A stretch of DNA of 64,000 nucleotides from Octopus vulgaris. Taxonomy: Eukaryota. Shown here one piece after another: positions 1 to 13,042 of the stretch; position 1 is the first letter of the stretch; each line of letters starts with the position of its first letter. Under the pieces are notes generated by a model, which did no database searches, was not told the DNA's origin, and worked only from the letters and a program-made list of their open reading frames with translations. The position numbers were made by a program, and so were the translations under genes. Location of the stretch: NCBI GenBank assembly GCA_951406725.2, contig OX597815.1, forward strand, positions 12,896,001-12,960,000. Direction: 5' to 3'.

Positions 1-174
1 CATATTTTTCTGCTGGTGTGAAGAGTATTTTTACTCTTTGCTTCTGTATTAGTGGGAGATTCCATCCACACATGACCAATATGAAACAACAGTACACTCA
101 GAGTACCTTCAGGAGCACTTCATTTAATCTTATTTCCCTTTCACTGTTGAGTATACAAGTGATGCATTGAGTTG

Positions 175-557
175 TGGAGGCGCAATGGCCCAGTGGTTAG
201 GGCAGCGGACTCGCGGTCGTAGGATCGCGGTTTCGATTCCCAGCCCGGACGTTGTGAGTGTGTATTGAGCGAAAACACCTAAAACCTCCACGACGCTCCG
301 GCAGGGATGGTGGTGATCCCTGCTGTACTCTTTCACCACAACTTTCTCTCACCCTTACTTCCTGTTTCTGTTGTACCTGTATTTCAAAGGGCCGGCCGTG
401 TCACTCTCTGTGTCACGCTGAATATCCCCGAGAACTACGTTAAGGGTGCACGTGTCTGTGGAGTGCTCAGCCACTTACACGTTAATTTCACGAGCAGGCT
501 GTTCCATTGATCGGATCAACCGGAACTCTATTCGTCGTAACCGACGGAGTGCTTCCA
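175..557 (+). mobile_element. tRNA-derived SINE, family A (about 380 bp; octopus OR-type)
   Basis: A-box TGGCCCAGTGG and B-box GTTTCGATTCC; near-identical copies at 14784, 30877 and 37305; flanked by ATGCATTGA duplication. Confidence 0.9.
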
Positions 558-1261
558 TATGCATTGATTCCTCTCTTTTCTTTTCAATATGTGATTTCTA
601 ATGGCCCGATACAACACTGATTCACCGTCGGAACTTTTCTTATGATTCTAACCTTATTCCTCGGTTTAATATAGATCCTCGATGTGTCACTACTGACATG
701 AAAGTTACCAGATTTTGTCAACATTTTCGAGTCCCGATGCTCACGTTGTACTTGAAATACTGGTCGTTGGCTCTGTAGTGGAAAAGCATTGTGGAATATG
801 ATTATATTCAATGTATACGGCTCTTGGACACAAATGTTGAGAGCAACTATTGAAGTATACTTTTGTTAGTTATGAGATCGTCTCGTCAAGTCTGAATATT
901 TATAACTTTCTTTATTTGCGACAGGGGAGAAACGTAGATGATTGGCATCCATATAACTTGCTTTATCAACCATCTTTCTTCGTTTGGCCACCTAACATAA
1001 ATACTTTTCCAAACCAAATTACATCTCTACATTGCAGAGGAACATTTTGTCTCCTTCTAACAGTTTCTTGCTGTTGTTGCTCCTACACGAGATGTGGATG
1101 ACATTAATCTTCATTTCGGATACTACGATGTAACCTCCTTTGTATTTCCTTAAAGAACTGGCAAAGAAGCCAATTCCTGAGATGTACAACAGTACAGATA
1201 AACTATCATTCTGAATTATGTCTACTAATGACTTGATTGTGTTAGTGACTACAGTACAAGT

Positions 1262-1567
1262 TTTGTTTCTCTTCTCGAGCCACGCCTGGCTCATAAGGGC
1301 CGGTTTTCCCTGTTTCCTTGGCATATAGAGACCCCACCTGGACGGGACGCCGGTCCGACGCAGGTGAGCTGCAAAATGCAGGAGTAAAGAGTGAGAGAAA
1401 GTTGTGGCGAAAGAGTCAGCAGAGGTTTGCCATTACCTTCTGCCGGAGCCGTGTGGAGCTTAGGTGTTTCGCTTATAAACACACACATTGCCCGGTCTGA
1501 GATTCGAACCCACGACCCCTCGACAGCGAGTGCACTACTGTAACCACTAGGCCATGTGCCTTCACAC
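1262..1567 (-). mobile_element. tRNA-derived SINE, family B (head and centre related to family A, different tail)
   Basis: tRNA-like head on minus strand; homologous to 7264-7568; TSD-like CAGTAC(A/T)AGTTTTG on both sides. Confidence 0.88.
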
Positions 1568-1929
1568 AGTACTAGTTTTGGTACTTATAGATAGCTATGT
1601 GGGTCATTTTGTTTACATTTTCTTAATGGCACTGACTATAGTAATTGGTGGTATAGTGACCCCAATTATCCAGCGCAGGAAAAGATCAAAAGTAGGAAAA
1701 TAAGGAATTCAGATGCACCTTTCCATGGAGGGAAAAATGGTCATATGAAGGAAAGTATCCTTCTCCTTTTTACGTCACCACATATTTTTTTCTTTTATGA
1801 AGCCTTTCTTCCTTGCCAACCCCATCTCCACTACAAGTGTACATATTTCCCCCACATATACATGTTTGTACACGTGTAATAATACGAATACGTTTTATGC
1901 ATATAATTGTGAGCGTTTGAATGGATATA

Positions 1930-3151
1930 TGAGGCTGAGTAAAAAGTAAGCAACGTTTTGAAACATGGAATTCCTCACAATATATTTCAATAATGCGGAA
2001 ATTTTATTCATCAAAGTAAGTACCATTACTATCAACGCATTGTTGCCAACGTGTCACATGTTTGTTTATTCCGGTAACATAAAAATCTGAAGTTCTGGAG
2101 CTGATGAACTCTTTGAATGTACTTTCAGCATCGGTTTGATTTATTTCTATCACAGGGAACCATCAAGGTGCTTGAAAAAGTGATAGTCGGCAGGGAATAA
2201 GCTGGGTGGGGATGAAATTCGTAGCAAAGGTTCCACAAGTTCTGAAGCGTTATTAGGGAAACGTGTGGTCCGAGCATTGTCATGAAGAATGATTGCCCTC
2301 TTGTGTTGACCAATCTGGGGCGGTAACAGTTTTTCCGTTCTTTTTTGCAATTTCATGGCAATATGTGTTTGCAGTAATGTTTTTTCCACCCGGCTTCTAA
2401 GACGTTATCATGGACGAGTGCAGCGGCACACTACCAAACAGTCACCATAACATTCTTCTGGAAGCGCTCGGGTTTAGGGGAGATTTTCGGTGCTTCATAT
2501 TGGTCCAACCAATGGAAAAATCGTTTTTTTCTTATTGCACACAATCCACTTTTCATCGCAAGTTGGAGAACGTTCACAAAATGGATCTGTTTGGATACGG
2601 AGAAGAAGCGATGAGCAAATTTCATATCTGCGCCTTTTCTGATTTTCATTCAAATCGTGTGGTACCTATCTGTCGAGCTTTTTTGATTTTCCTATCGCAT
2701 GCAAATTGCTGCAGGCAGTTGTCTAACTTGAAGTTCTTTTACCAGTTCTCGAGTGGTTTTACGTGAGTCTTTCTCAATGATGAACTGTAATTGACCGTCA
2801 TCGATGACAGATAGGCATCCACTACGCCTACGATCTTAAAGGCTCAAGTCTCCACTGCGAATTTGTTTAAACCATTTTCGGGTTGATTACTCACTTGTCA
2901 CTTCATCAATAAACGTTTCGTTCCTATTGCAAGCGGTTTCAGCCGCTTTCCGTCCTTTTATTAAATTCAGATTATTATACCAACTGTGAAAAAAGTATCA
3001 ATGTTAATTTATTGATGCCTTTTGGGCAAGTCTATGTCTGTACTATCAGACAATTGCAAAAAATGTGTTTAAAAAAAAAAATCAAAACTCTGCAAAACCC
3101 GGTACAAGTTTTTCATGGTTCAACACGTTGCTTACATTTTACTCAACCTGA
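1930..3151 (-). mobile_element. Full-length, inactive mariner (Tc1/mariner) DNA transposon
   Basis: About 27-bp TIRs (TGAGGCTGAGTAAAAAGTAAGCAACGT / ACGTTGCTTACATTTTACTCAACCTGA) with TA on each side; about 1.2 kb long. Confidence 0.9.
2010..2990 (-). pseudogene. mariner transposase pseudogene (frameshifted)
   Basis: Motif remnants in several frames: WLDQYEAPK..PKP....KNVMVTVW, ILHDNAR, SLFPADYHFFKHLD (YSPDLAPxDY-like). Confidence 0.85.
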
Positions 3152-3715
3152 TAATAGTATGTGTGTGTTCTTACGCATTGAATTGTGTTTGCGTGTGTTT
3201 CAATGTGCCTAAATATCTGTTTACATGACTACGATTCTGCTGGATATTTATATTTCTTCGTCTACAATTTCCCTCACCCCGTTTTTCGTGCCTGCTTGCG
3301 TCCTCAATCACCAGTGACATCTGTCACTTGGTGCTTATCACACAAACATCAGCAACACATCTATACACTATCGTAACCGTTCCACTAACCCCAACACACC
3401 CACCCCTACCCAAATTGTCACTATGACCATTGAACTTACTAACACCTGACAACAACAATGACTGTCCATTTATTCATTTATTCTCTGTCATCTAGTTACT
3501 AAAATTGCACTCTAGTATCCCTTACTATTATATTTAACATTCTATCTAATCCAATACGTAACTATCATAAGCACACTATCACCCTAAACAAAGCAAGAAT
3601 ATTTTCTCCCATTCACGCTTGTTGATATATATATGTGTGACAGTCCGTGCATATGAGAAAGGATGTGTGTATAAATATGTGTGTAATATCTATATTAATA
3701 TATAAATACACATAT

Positions 3716-3868
3716 AGGCTGTGTGATAAGTAGCTTGCTTATGAACCACATGGTTCCGGGTTCAGTCCCACTGCGTGGCACCTTCGGCAAGTGTCTTCTG
3801 ATATAGTCTCGAGCCGACCAAAGCTTTGTGAGTGGATTTCGTAGACGGAAACTGAAAGAAGCCCGTCG

Positions 3869-3965
<97 letters not shown>

Positions 3966-4158
3966 GTTTTTGTTCCCCCCCAACATCGCTTGACAACCAA
4001 TGCTGGTGTGCTCACGTCCCCTTAACTTAGCGGTTCAGCAAAAGAACCAATAGAATAAGTACTAGGCTTACAAAGAATTAGTCCTGGGGTCGATTTGATC
4101 GATCGACTAAAGGCGGTGCTCCAGCATGGCCACAGTCAAATGACTGAAACAAGTAAAA
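3716..4158 (+). mobile_element. tRNA-derived SINE, family C (CORE-like centre) with internal (TA)n(TG)n microsatellite
   Basis: Homologous end to end with 38882-39330; B-box GGTTCAGTCCC; ACCTTCGGCAAGTG CORE-like motif. Confidence 0.85.
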
Positions 4159-4183
4159 TTGTAAACTATATATATATATAGTC

Positions 4184-4224
<41 letters not shown>

Positions 4225-4399
4225 AGTTTTTTATATATAGTCATATATATTTATGTATTATTTTGTTTCTCTCTCCATGTAGTATAGGTATCCAGAGCTG
4301 TGTATAGTATGTATGTATTTATACACACATATACATAGCTCTGTTTATATATTGATATATATATATATAGATTAATTTTATTCTTACATCAAATAATTT

Positions 4400-5380
4400 T
4401 TTTTTAAATAAAGAATTTCAGGAGTTCCTGTACCGTATTTATGAGATTTTTATCATTCAAATATGTCGTCTAACATTCGTGCAGTTTTAAGATAGGCTTC
4501 GATTGCGCCTATGATATTATTTTGTAACGGCTTTCCTTGTCCATATTGCACACCTTCTAGTTAGGTTACAGCAATGTCGTATTTGCTGCGTATACCATTT
4601 TTATTACTTTTGCCTTCTTTATGATGTCTTTGTTGTATTTCCTTCAACCGATCGCCAAATTAATTTCTTTTACTGAAACACTTGATCGTAAGAATTTGAG
4701 CATGCAACTCTCACCCCCAACATACAACGGAATGCCAATATGTAAAAGTTCATCTAATGTCAAATACGACACCTGTATAATACATAATAAGGGAAAATGA
4801 TTAAGGATTAGTTACGTTATCGCAGTCCCGGGTTTCAGTTGTTTATGTATTTCACAATCCAATTTAATCACGGAGTGTTTCGTGTTTCTGATCAATACAC
4901 ACGGTATTTCATTCATTGCTTATGATTCCAGTATAGTATATTGCCAGAAGGCTTCTCATGACGCATTCACTCCAATATCAGCGTATCGCTCCTGTTTCTA
5001 CCATACTTATGTATAAATAACTAGTCTGTATATATGTATACGCCTTTGAAACATCCGTTTTATAATACTAGAAATATGCTTTTTGTGCAGAAATATTTCC
5101 GATAATATCGCTTTTACGGTTTGGTATATGCCGGCATAACGGTTTATAGGTTGGTAAGTATTGAGACTTGATAGATAATCTAAGATTAGATTTCCTTTGA
5201 TCTTTTCTTGAGGTGATGTTTGTAGTTCTACCAATACATAGATCAATATATTTACACATAATTCTTCAAAATGCTTTTTGACAGTCACATTTAGGTGTTA
5301 TCCAGCTTGGTGATAGATAGGCATGTATTTAACTTACACTTATTAGGCTGTTACTTCTAAGATTCATATACAAGGGTTCA
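4400..5380 (-). pseudogene. Heavily decayed Penelope-like reverse transcriptase fragment
   Basis: Minus-strand RMLDDIF (about 4459-4479, resembling RY[LI]DD[IC]F) and upstream PIN..AG...LSEI...KHISSII resembling the PLE RT N-terminal motifs; may extend through 5890-6790. Confidence 0.45.
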
Positions 5381-5409
5381 AAGTGCTGTTGTTTAGAACT
5401 CTTGCCCGT

Positions 5410-5452
5410 TTATATGTGTGTATGTATGTATGTATGTATGTATTTATCTACC

Positions 5453-5501
<49 letters not shown>

Positions 5502-5547
5502 ATATATATGCACACATATACACATATATATATATATGTATCTATAC

Positions 5548-5611
<64 letters not shown>

Positions 5612-5656
5612 TATCTATACATATACATATATATATATGTATATATATGTATCGTA

Positions 5657-5709
<53 letters not shown>

Positions 5710-5796
5710 GTATGTATATGTATGTGTCTGCATGTGTATATATATTTGCATATGTATTTGCATATGTGTGTGTATGTTTGTATGTATGTGTGTATG

Positions 5797-5828
<32 letters not shown>

Positions 5829-5885
5829 TGTCGGTATATAAACCCATATGCATATCCACGTGTGTGTGTGTGTGTCTGCTTGTGT
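5410..5885. repeat. Compound microsatellite (TATG/TC/TA/TG)
   Basis: Direct reading. Confidence 0.95.
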
Positions 5886-7263
5886 GTGAGTTTGTTATTA
5901 TTCTAATTATTGTACTGCTGGTGCTTCATGGTTTTCTGCTACATCTAAATGTAGGTCTTATAAAAACACACTGGTTTTTAGGACAGTTTACTTTGCTACT
6001 ACTTCCTGCGAAGACAGAGTCTGGTAACTGGAAAATATTCTGATTATGAACTACATTTGATTACTTGTACGTATTTCTTGAAAATCATTCCTTCTTGCTA
6101 AACAGCTTAGTTTTGGTTCACTTCTTGATTTTTCTCATCAGTTTCATTAAGAACAGTATTCTTCTTTTTCGTCTTTTTCGTTTTTTACTAGTTTCCATTT
6201 TGAACTACAAGTTATTATTAATATGGCCTGTATAAGTTTAGATGATCCTATTTTAAAATTTTGAGGGAGTTTTTATATTTCTTTGTGTTCAATGCAGCTG
6301 CTCCGCAGATGATTTGATTCACGATGGTTTACTGTTGTTTACATGCATCAACTCTATAATAGATATATTAAAGATCTCTCTGTTTTCTATATTTTGGCAT
6401 GTCTTTATTACTTGATGGGAAGTTGTATTATTAGCCTTTTTCTGTAGTAATTTTAAATTTTATATCATTATAATATTCAAACTGCCCAGCTTTAGAATTC
6501 TTTACTCTGATACGATTTTCACATCTAATTGATTCCTATTTTTGTAGCGTCTGTTTTGTACGATGATATACATTATGATGTTGTTTGATTGGATCTTGTG
6601 ACCGACAGAATAAATGTCTGGCTTTAAAAAAACATAATAAGTCTATAGTTTCTATTCAAATCATTCAAGATCGGTGCCCAATGAGGAATAGAACTAGACG
6701 TATTTTTAACACGCATATTTTCATTTATTACATATTAATTGTTTATTGTTGGTTGTTCTTTGTATTTTAGGGAAGTCATGCTTTGTGTAAATATGCTACT
6801 CGTTCTGCATGAGATCATTTAGTACTAAGTATCCATTAATTAGTTGTAAACAAATACCATAACTAGAAAAAAACATGTGTTTCGCCACATAGCGTACGGG
6901 TAATACTGTAGTTATGTCTCTTTTGAGCACAGAGCATAGCTCTCAGAATCGTTTTTCTATTACAGAATCGTTTTCCTATTACGAACATAGCTTCTGTACA
7001 TTAAAGAAAAAAACATTACTCCAAAATTATCATGGGAACCATACAAACAGGACATTGTATATAGACGTCAACCAAAAAAAGTTTTATCTTCCATTCACAA
7101 ATGCCCAGCAAAATGTATATATTTTTCTGTCTTCCTTTGTCATGAATTTTTTGTTTGCATAATAAAGAAATTCGGAATTTGAAAGTGGACAAAATTCAGA
7201 AGATTATATTTTTGAACTCTAGTCGATATCCGCAAAGTACTTCGGACATTAGCGACAACACCT

Positions 7264-7568
7264 TGTTTGTTCCTTCTCGAACCACGCCAGGCTCATAAGG
7301 GCCGGTGTCCCAGTTTCCTTAGCGTATTGGTTCCCCACCAGGGCGTGACGCCGGTCTGTCGCAGGTGAGCTGCAATATGCAGGAGGAACGAGTGAGAGAA
7401 AGTTGTGGCGAAAGAGTCAGCAGACGTTCGCCATTATCTTCTGCCGGAGCCGCGTGGAGCTTAGGTGTTTCGCACATAAACACACACACATCGCCCGGTC
7501 TGAGATTCGAACTCGCGATCCCTCGACCGCGAGTCCGTTGCTCTAACCATTGGGCCATGTGCCTCCAC
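7264..7568 (-). mobile_element. tRNA-derived SINE, family B
   Basis: 13-bp TSD AGCGACAACACCT (7251-7263 / 7573-7585); homology to 1262-1567. Confidence 0.9.
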
Positions 7569-8094
7569 AGAAAGCGACAACACCTGAGCTAACGTGAAGT
7601 GTATGATAGTAACGCATCGATGTCCAGTAACGGACGGATTCGTGAAATTACATTGAATTTCATTGAGTGACAAGCAATAGATCAAACGTTCGTCAGATTG
7701 TTGCTTGTGACGTGCCACGAAGGCAATTTGCATTGGAAATATTGCAATTTTTAATTAGATTCGAATCTTACAGTAATGAACACGGCTTCAAATTTGCAGC
7801 ACTGTGCAACATTGTCTTGCCTTCTATTTTCTCAGTATACCATTTCCATTATTCATTTACAGGCTACACCTTTGTCCAACCTTCAACAATAGATTTAAGT
7901 GACACTTCTAATTTCTTTGTAAATATTAACAACCTACACTCTCTTTCTCATAGGCTGATATTACCATCTTATGATACCGAAGAGTTGAATATGATGTCAT
8001 TATTTTGATATACCCTATTATACCTAATGTATTCCCACTTAATGCTGGGATACGTATTTTACATTCTTTGACGTCAATATTATAACTACGCTAC

Positions 8095-8288
8095 AAGGCA
8101 GGCAGAAACGTGCAGAATCCGTTGTCGTGTTTAGTCCGTCCTTACATTCTCAATTCAATTTCAGGCGAGGTCGACTTTGCCTTTCATTCGTTCTGGATCG
8201 ATAAAATAAGTAGGAGTTGAGCACTAGGGACGATGTAATCAACTCAGCTCCTTCCCCCAAACTGCTGGCCTTGTGCCAAACTTTGAAG
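8095..8288 (+). mobile_element. Degenerate SINE, family M
   Basis: Contains GAGGTCGACTTTGCCTTTCAT...GATAAAATAAGT core shared with 12175-12775. Confidence 0.7.
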
Positions 8289-9249
8289 TCACTACTATAG
8301 CTACGCTAGATATATTTCAGATCAAGATTTGTGTGCTTACATCTATGTTTCTCCTCTCTGCTATTGACTATGTTAAAGTATCAACCTTGCGTTTCTTAAG
8401 TATTCTTTTTCAAGTATTTCCGTTCAAAGTCTTCTTAATTCAATGCAGTATTGATTTAGAAGCCGGACAAGACATTTATCAGATAATCGATAATAGAAAT
8501 GACCAATCAAATGGTTGTTAAGTCGAAGTGTATTGTCCTTCATTGTTCTATCATCGACATTTTCTGATTCACTGACCTTGTACACACAAACAACCGGGAG
8601 ATGATGAATATAAATCTGTTGTGTCGATGTGCAAAAAAGGAAATATTCGATAAGATATGAAGAATATGCATTATATTATCTATATTAAAGATGGCACATA
8701 AAGTGACTGGACATTTATTGATATATCTCAGAACTTCTAATTCGAAGGAGATGAAGTGCCGTTGTATAAACAGCATTTGCCATGGAATTCATTTTTAATT
8801 AGTGGGTTGTACAAAATAACTAGCGGTATTCACAGATGCCTTTCAACATTTGTATCACTGCAGGCTAAATAGCTATTTTCCTAGCTCCGTTGATAGCAAA
8901 AGAGCAGTTATTTGCAGGATTGATATAAATCAAAATATATATGGTACACCAAATTTTAAGAATTCTACATTGTTTAAAATACGTTTTAACAGCTTGATCT
9001 AGGTATTTTTTACTTTTTGCTTTTGTAATACTAAATGCCACGATTTCAAAAAGATCTTTTAGACAGAATTTGGAAATAAACTTTTCCTATAGGAGTTGCG
9101 CTGCAGAGGGGACATATTCAGAGCACTATCATACATGTTTTCGTATGTTTCTGTTAGAGATGCTGGGATAGATATTGTTATGATTAAATACACATTAAAT
9201 TCAACTCCTAATACTTTACATCTGCTATTCGGATGATCTACTTCTATTT

Positions 9250-9386
9250 ACATCATCATCTTTTTCTTCTTCTTCTTCTTCTTCTCCTTCTCCTTCTTCT
9301 TCTCCTTCTTCTTCTTCTTCTTCTTCTTCTTCGTTTATTATTATTATTATTACCATTATTATTATTACCATTATTATTATTACTAT

Positions 9387-9446
<60 letters not shown>

Positions 9447-9480
9447 ATTATTATCATCATCATCATCATCATCATCATTA
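9250..9480. repeat. (CTT)n(TTA)n(TCA)n trinucleotide microsatellite
   Basis: Direct reading. Confidence 0.95.
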
Positions 9481-11387
9481 TACTAAAACTCTCAGGTCAT
9501 TTTGCTGGGTATGAGGGAAAGTGTCAGCTGTCCACAGCCAGCAGGGGTACTATGATCACCTGCAAGAGACTAGCGTTTCGGCGCCCATTTATGATTACTT
9601 TGAAGTCTACGTATCAATTAGCCGACGTAAAACGGGGCCATGGTGGCCATATTGTTGCGGACTGGCAATGCGCACGAGATACGGTTCATGGACATGGCCG
9701 TTGATGTTAAACAAGTTATTTTTTTTGTGAATGATACCAATTAGTATCCGTTATGAGTACTAATCTTGCCCAGTGTATGTGCACCCGTATTTTTCAGGCG
9801 TTTGAGTGGTTTCCTAGGAATCTCCCGCGTATTAGTGCTAGTGGGCGATTGAAACACATTCATGGACATTCGTATGGACTATATAGCCATTGAAACATTT
9901 TCTACAATCTGAGAAGCTGCACCTTGGATTCCCAAAATGCCTCAGTGCTGACCAATATGATGGGGTCAGTTAGATCGTATCAGCAGTGTGTAGTCTGTTG
10001 GCATTCAGAGAACTACATGATCTGATTTCAGAATTTGAACTGATTGGCTACATAGGTCTCAAATTTAGGATATGAATGAAGCATGATATTTGCGTTACCA
10101 GGAGTAGCAAACCTGCCTTTATTTATGAAAGCATGGGAACTGCTCGATGGGCACGGTTGCCAGTGGCAACACGTGAGAAAATATCAAGAATTCCATCTCT
10201 GAGGAGGCGAATAATAGTAGTTCCAAGCAGATGCTAAGGCCTATGAAATCCTTTAACCGATGGCTGGGTGTATCAGAAAGAAATGACGGGCCTGACGCGC
10301 TGGTCCTCCCATCAATCTTTTACAAGATAGACTTATTCAGGCTCTTTTGGGATTAGCGGCAGAACAGGAGAATTTCCAGTCATATAAAATGAAATGCAGT
10401 ACAGCCGCACAGCTGCAGAGAAAGGACACTAAAACGTAGGTAAATTTGTCATTGTCCCCGCAACTCCGCTGAATGTTGTGTTCAGATTTTGAACCAAGTG
10501 TCAGCAAAGCACTGTCATGAATATTTGATCGCTGGTGCTTAGACATTCACCATCATAAGCAGTTCCCTTCACAACATCCACCTTACATCTTACGCCATAG
10601 AGAGACCTATGCCATGTAAGGAACCTGGCATTGGAGGAGCTCTCATCCATATTGATCAATCGACCTCTTTCAATAGGTTTATCAGTAAATAGTTGAGGGC
10701 TGTCCCATAGGTGCAGATGACAACGGCGGCAACATCGATGCATCATCATCATCCTTATCATCTTCATGCTCATCATCATAATGTATGCAGTCAATCACTC
10801 CCACCATCCTTCTCACTCTATTTCAGTCACCAGTTACGATCCTCGCACTCTTACCCTTACTTTCTTTGAGATAATTGCCATTATAACTATAGCTGTTAAC
10901 TGATTATTCGTGGCTGATATTATTATTACCATTGTTCACAATTCTCGTTAATGTCACTCATAATATAAAATAATATAAATTGTTATTATGCTTCCTACTA
11001 ATACTATAGCATCTGTTATCCACTTACCCAGTTAATTAGACCATTACGTTATATAGTTCGATTACAAATAGACTTTGTTATCCTCTTCTACATTAAAATC
11101 ACCAACATTACCCTAATGTCGATTTAATTAGCCTCTGGCATATAGCAAAGGAATATATAATGAGCTGACCGTCCAAGTATGGTAATGCCATAAAGTGATA
11201 GCATGTTGCATATGTTTCATTAGAAATGGGTTGGTGCTCTCTAGAGATCTACAAATTTCCTTGTCCCGTATACACTCATACATATACAGAGAGACACGCA
11301 CATGCATACACATGCCCATTTACGCACTCACACATACACTCACACAAACACACTCATACACACACAGACACACAGGTACACACACAG

Positions 11388-11422
<35 letters not shown>

Positions 11423-12174
11423 AATACCGTTAATTCACAAAGCATTATTGTTTCGAGACATATCTATTATAAATATACAAAATAGATATATGTTTAATCT
11501 TATTTTAATACAATACTTCTTTATTATGAAAATTGATAGTTATTTCATTAATGTTGGCACCGTGAAATGTAACGGAGGTAATAACGTATTTATAATACTT
11601 TTAAGATTACTTGACACAATAGAAAGTGTCAGAAGCATATCCCAACATAAAAAATTCCATCAAATAATGAACACGAAATTATTGTTAAAATAATTGTCTT
11701 TAGCGCAGTTGATGAGCAAAATAAATTGCGAAATTTTTTGTCACACGTTTTTTCTCCTTTTAATAATCTGAGTCCAAGTCCTTCCAAGATCGTTTATTCC
11801 TATTTCCCTTTAAAGGCGATGGCGTGGCTACCTGGTAAGTAGTTTCCTTCCCAACAACATGGGTCCGGGTTCAGTCTGACAGTACGACACATGTTCTTAC
11901 AATTCAAATTTGATATTAAAACTAAAGGAATGCATGCACGACCCAATGTATAAGTTAGAGCACCTGCGTCTAGAAATCTCATATCCTGAATAATGACAGA
12001 TGTTCATACTCTACCAGACTAATTTTTCGGTCAATTATAACACTAGAATAAATAATTACAAATGAACGTTACCTGGCTGGGGATGTATGGTTGAATCACG
12101 GTTCCTTGTACAATTAAAAATACTCAGCATGTCTTAAATTATTCTATGTATAATGATTATATTTACTAAATGTG

Positions 12175-12775
12175 TAAGGCGGCGAGTTGGCAGAAACGTT
12201 AGCGTGCCGCGCGAAATGCTTAGCGGTATTTCGTCTGCCGCTACGTTCTGAGTTCAAATTCCGCCGAGGTCGACTTTGCCTTTCATTCTTTCGGGGTCGA
12301 TAAATTCAGTACCAGTTACGAAATGGGGTCAGTGTAATCGAATTGTCTGTCCTTGTTTGTCCCCTCTATGTTTAGCCCCTTGTGGGTAATAAAGAAATAG
12401 GTATTTCGTCTGTCGTTACGTTCTGAGTTTAAATTCCGCCGAAGCTGACTTTTCCTTTCATCCCTTTCGTGGTCGATAAATGAAGTACCAGTTTCGAACT
12501 GGGGTCGATATAATCGACTTAATCCGTTTGTCTGTCCTTGTTTGTCCCGGCTATGTTTAGCCCCTTGTGGGTAATAAAGAAATAGATATAGGTATTTCGT
12601 CTGTCGTTACGTTCTGAGTTCCAATTCCGCCGAAGCTGACTTTTCCTTTCATCCCTTTCGGGGTCGATAAATGAAGTACCAGTTTCGAACTGGGGTCGAT
12701 GTAATCGACTTAATCCGTTTGTCTGTCCTTGTTTGTCCCGTCTATGTTTAGCCACTAGAGGGCAGTAATGAAATG
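12175..12775 (+). mobile_element. SINE family M (possibly MetaSINE-type core), head plus three tandem bodies
   Basis: 17-bp TSD TATATTTACTAAATGTG (12158-12174 / 12776-12792); three copies of GTTCTGAGTTCAAATTCCGCCGA...TTTAGCCCCTTGTGGG. Confidence 0.9.
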
Positions 12776-13042
12776 TATATTTACTAAATGTGCTAATATG
12801 CCGGTGTGATTAATAACATCCTGTTAATACAGATTGCCCTACAACTATATTTCTAAAGCAGAAGCTGTATAGACAAACGCTGTAGTTATGCATTATTTGC
12901 GTCTTCTTTTTAAAGGTAAAAAATATGGTAAAAATTCAAAAACTTTTAACTAACCTAAATGGGAAATCTGAGATTAAACGCAGCGAAGTCTTCAGTTAAT
13001 TACGTTTTTCGCATTAGGTTGATAGATTTCCCGGACGGTAAG

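Noticed and set aside
175-250. tRNA genes at SINE heads
   Set aside because: No paired acceptor stem or oligo-T terminator; sequence continues into SINE bodies with TSDs
2101-2120. Isolated CTGATGA matches (also about 20967, 21868, 22528 and 55801)
   Set aside because: No stem II plus GAAA plus stem I context
5383-6043. Long ORFs rich in YI/CV/HT dipeptides (also near 18.8, 20, 36 and 62.6 kb)
   Set aside because: Translations of dinucleotide microsatellites that lack stops; not genes
6880-6912. Helitron-like 3' end (GCGTACGGGTAATACTGTAGT)
   Set aside because: Hairpin and CTAG are degenerate; no matching 5' TC end found
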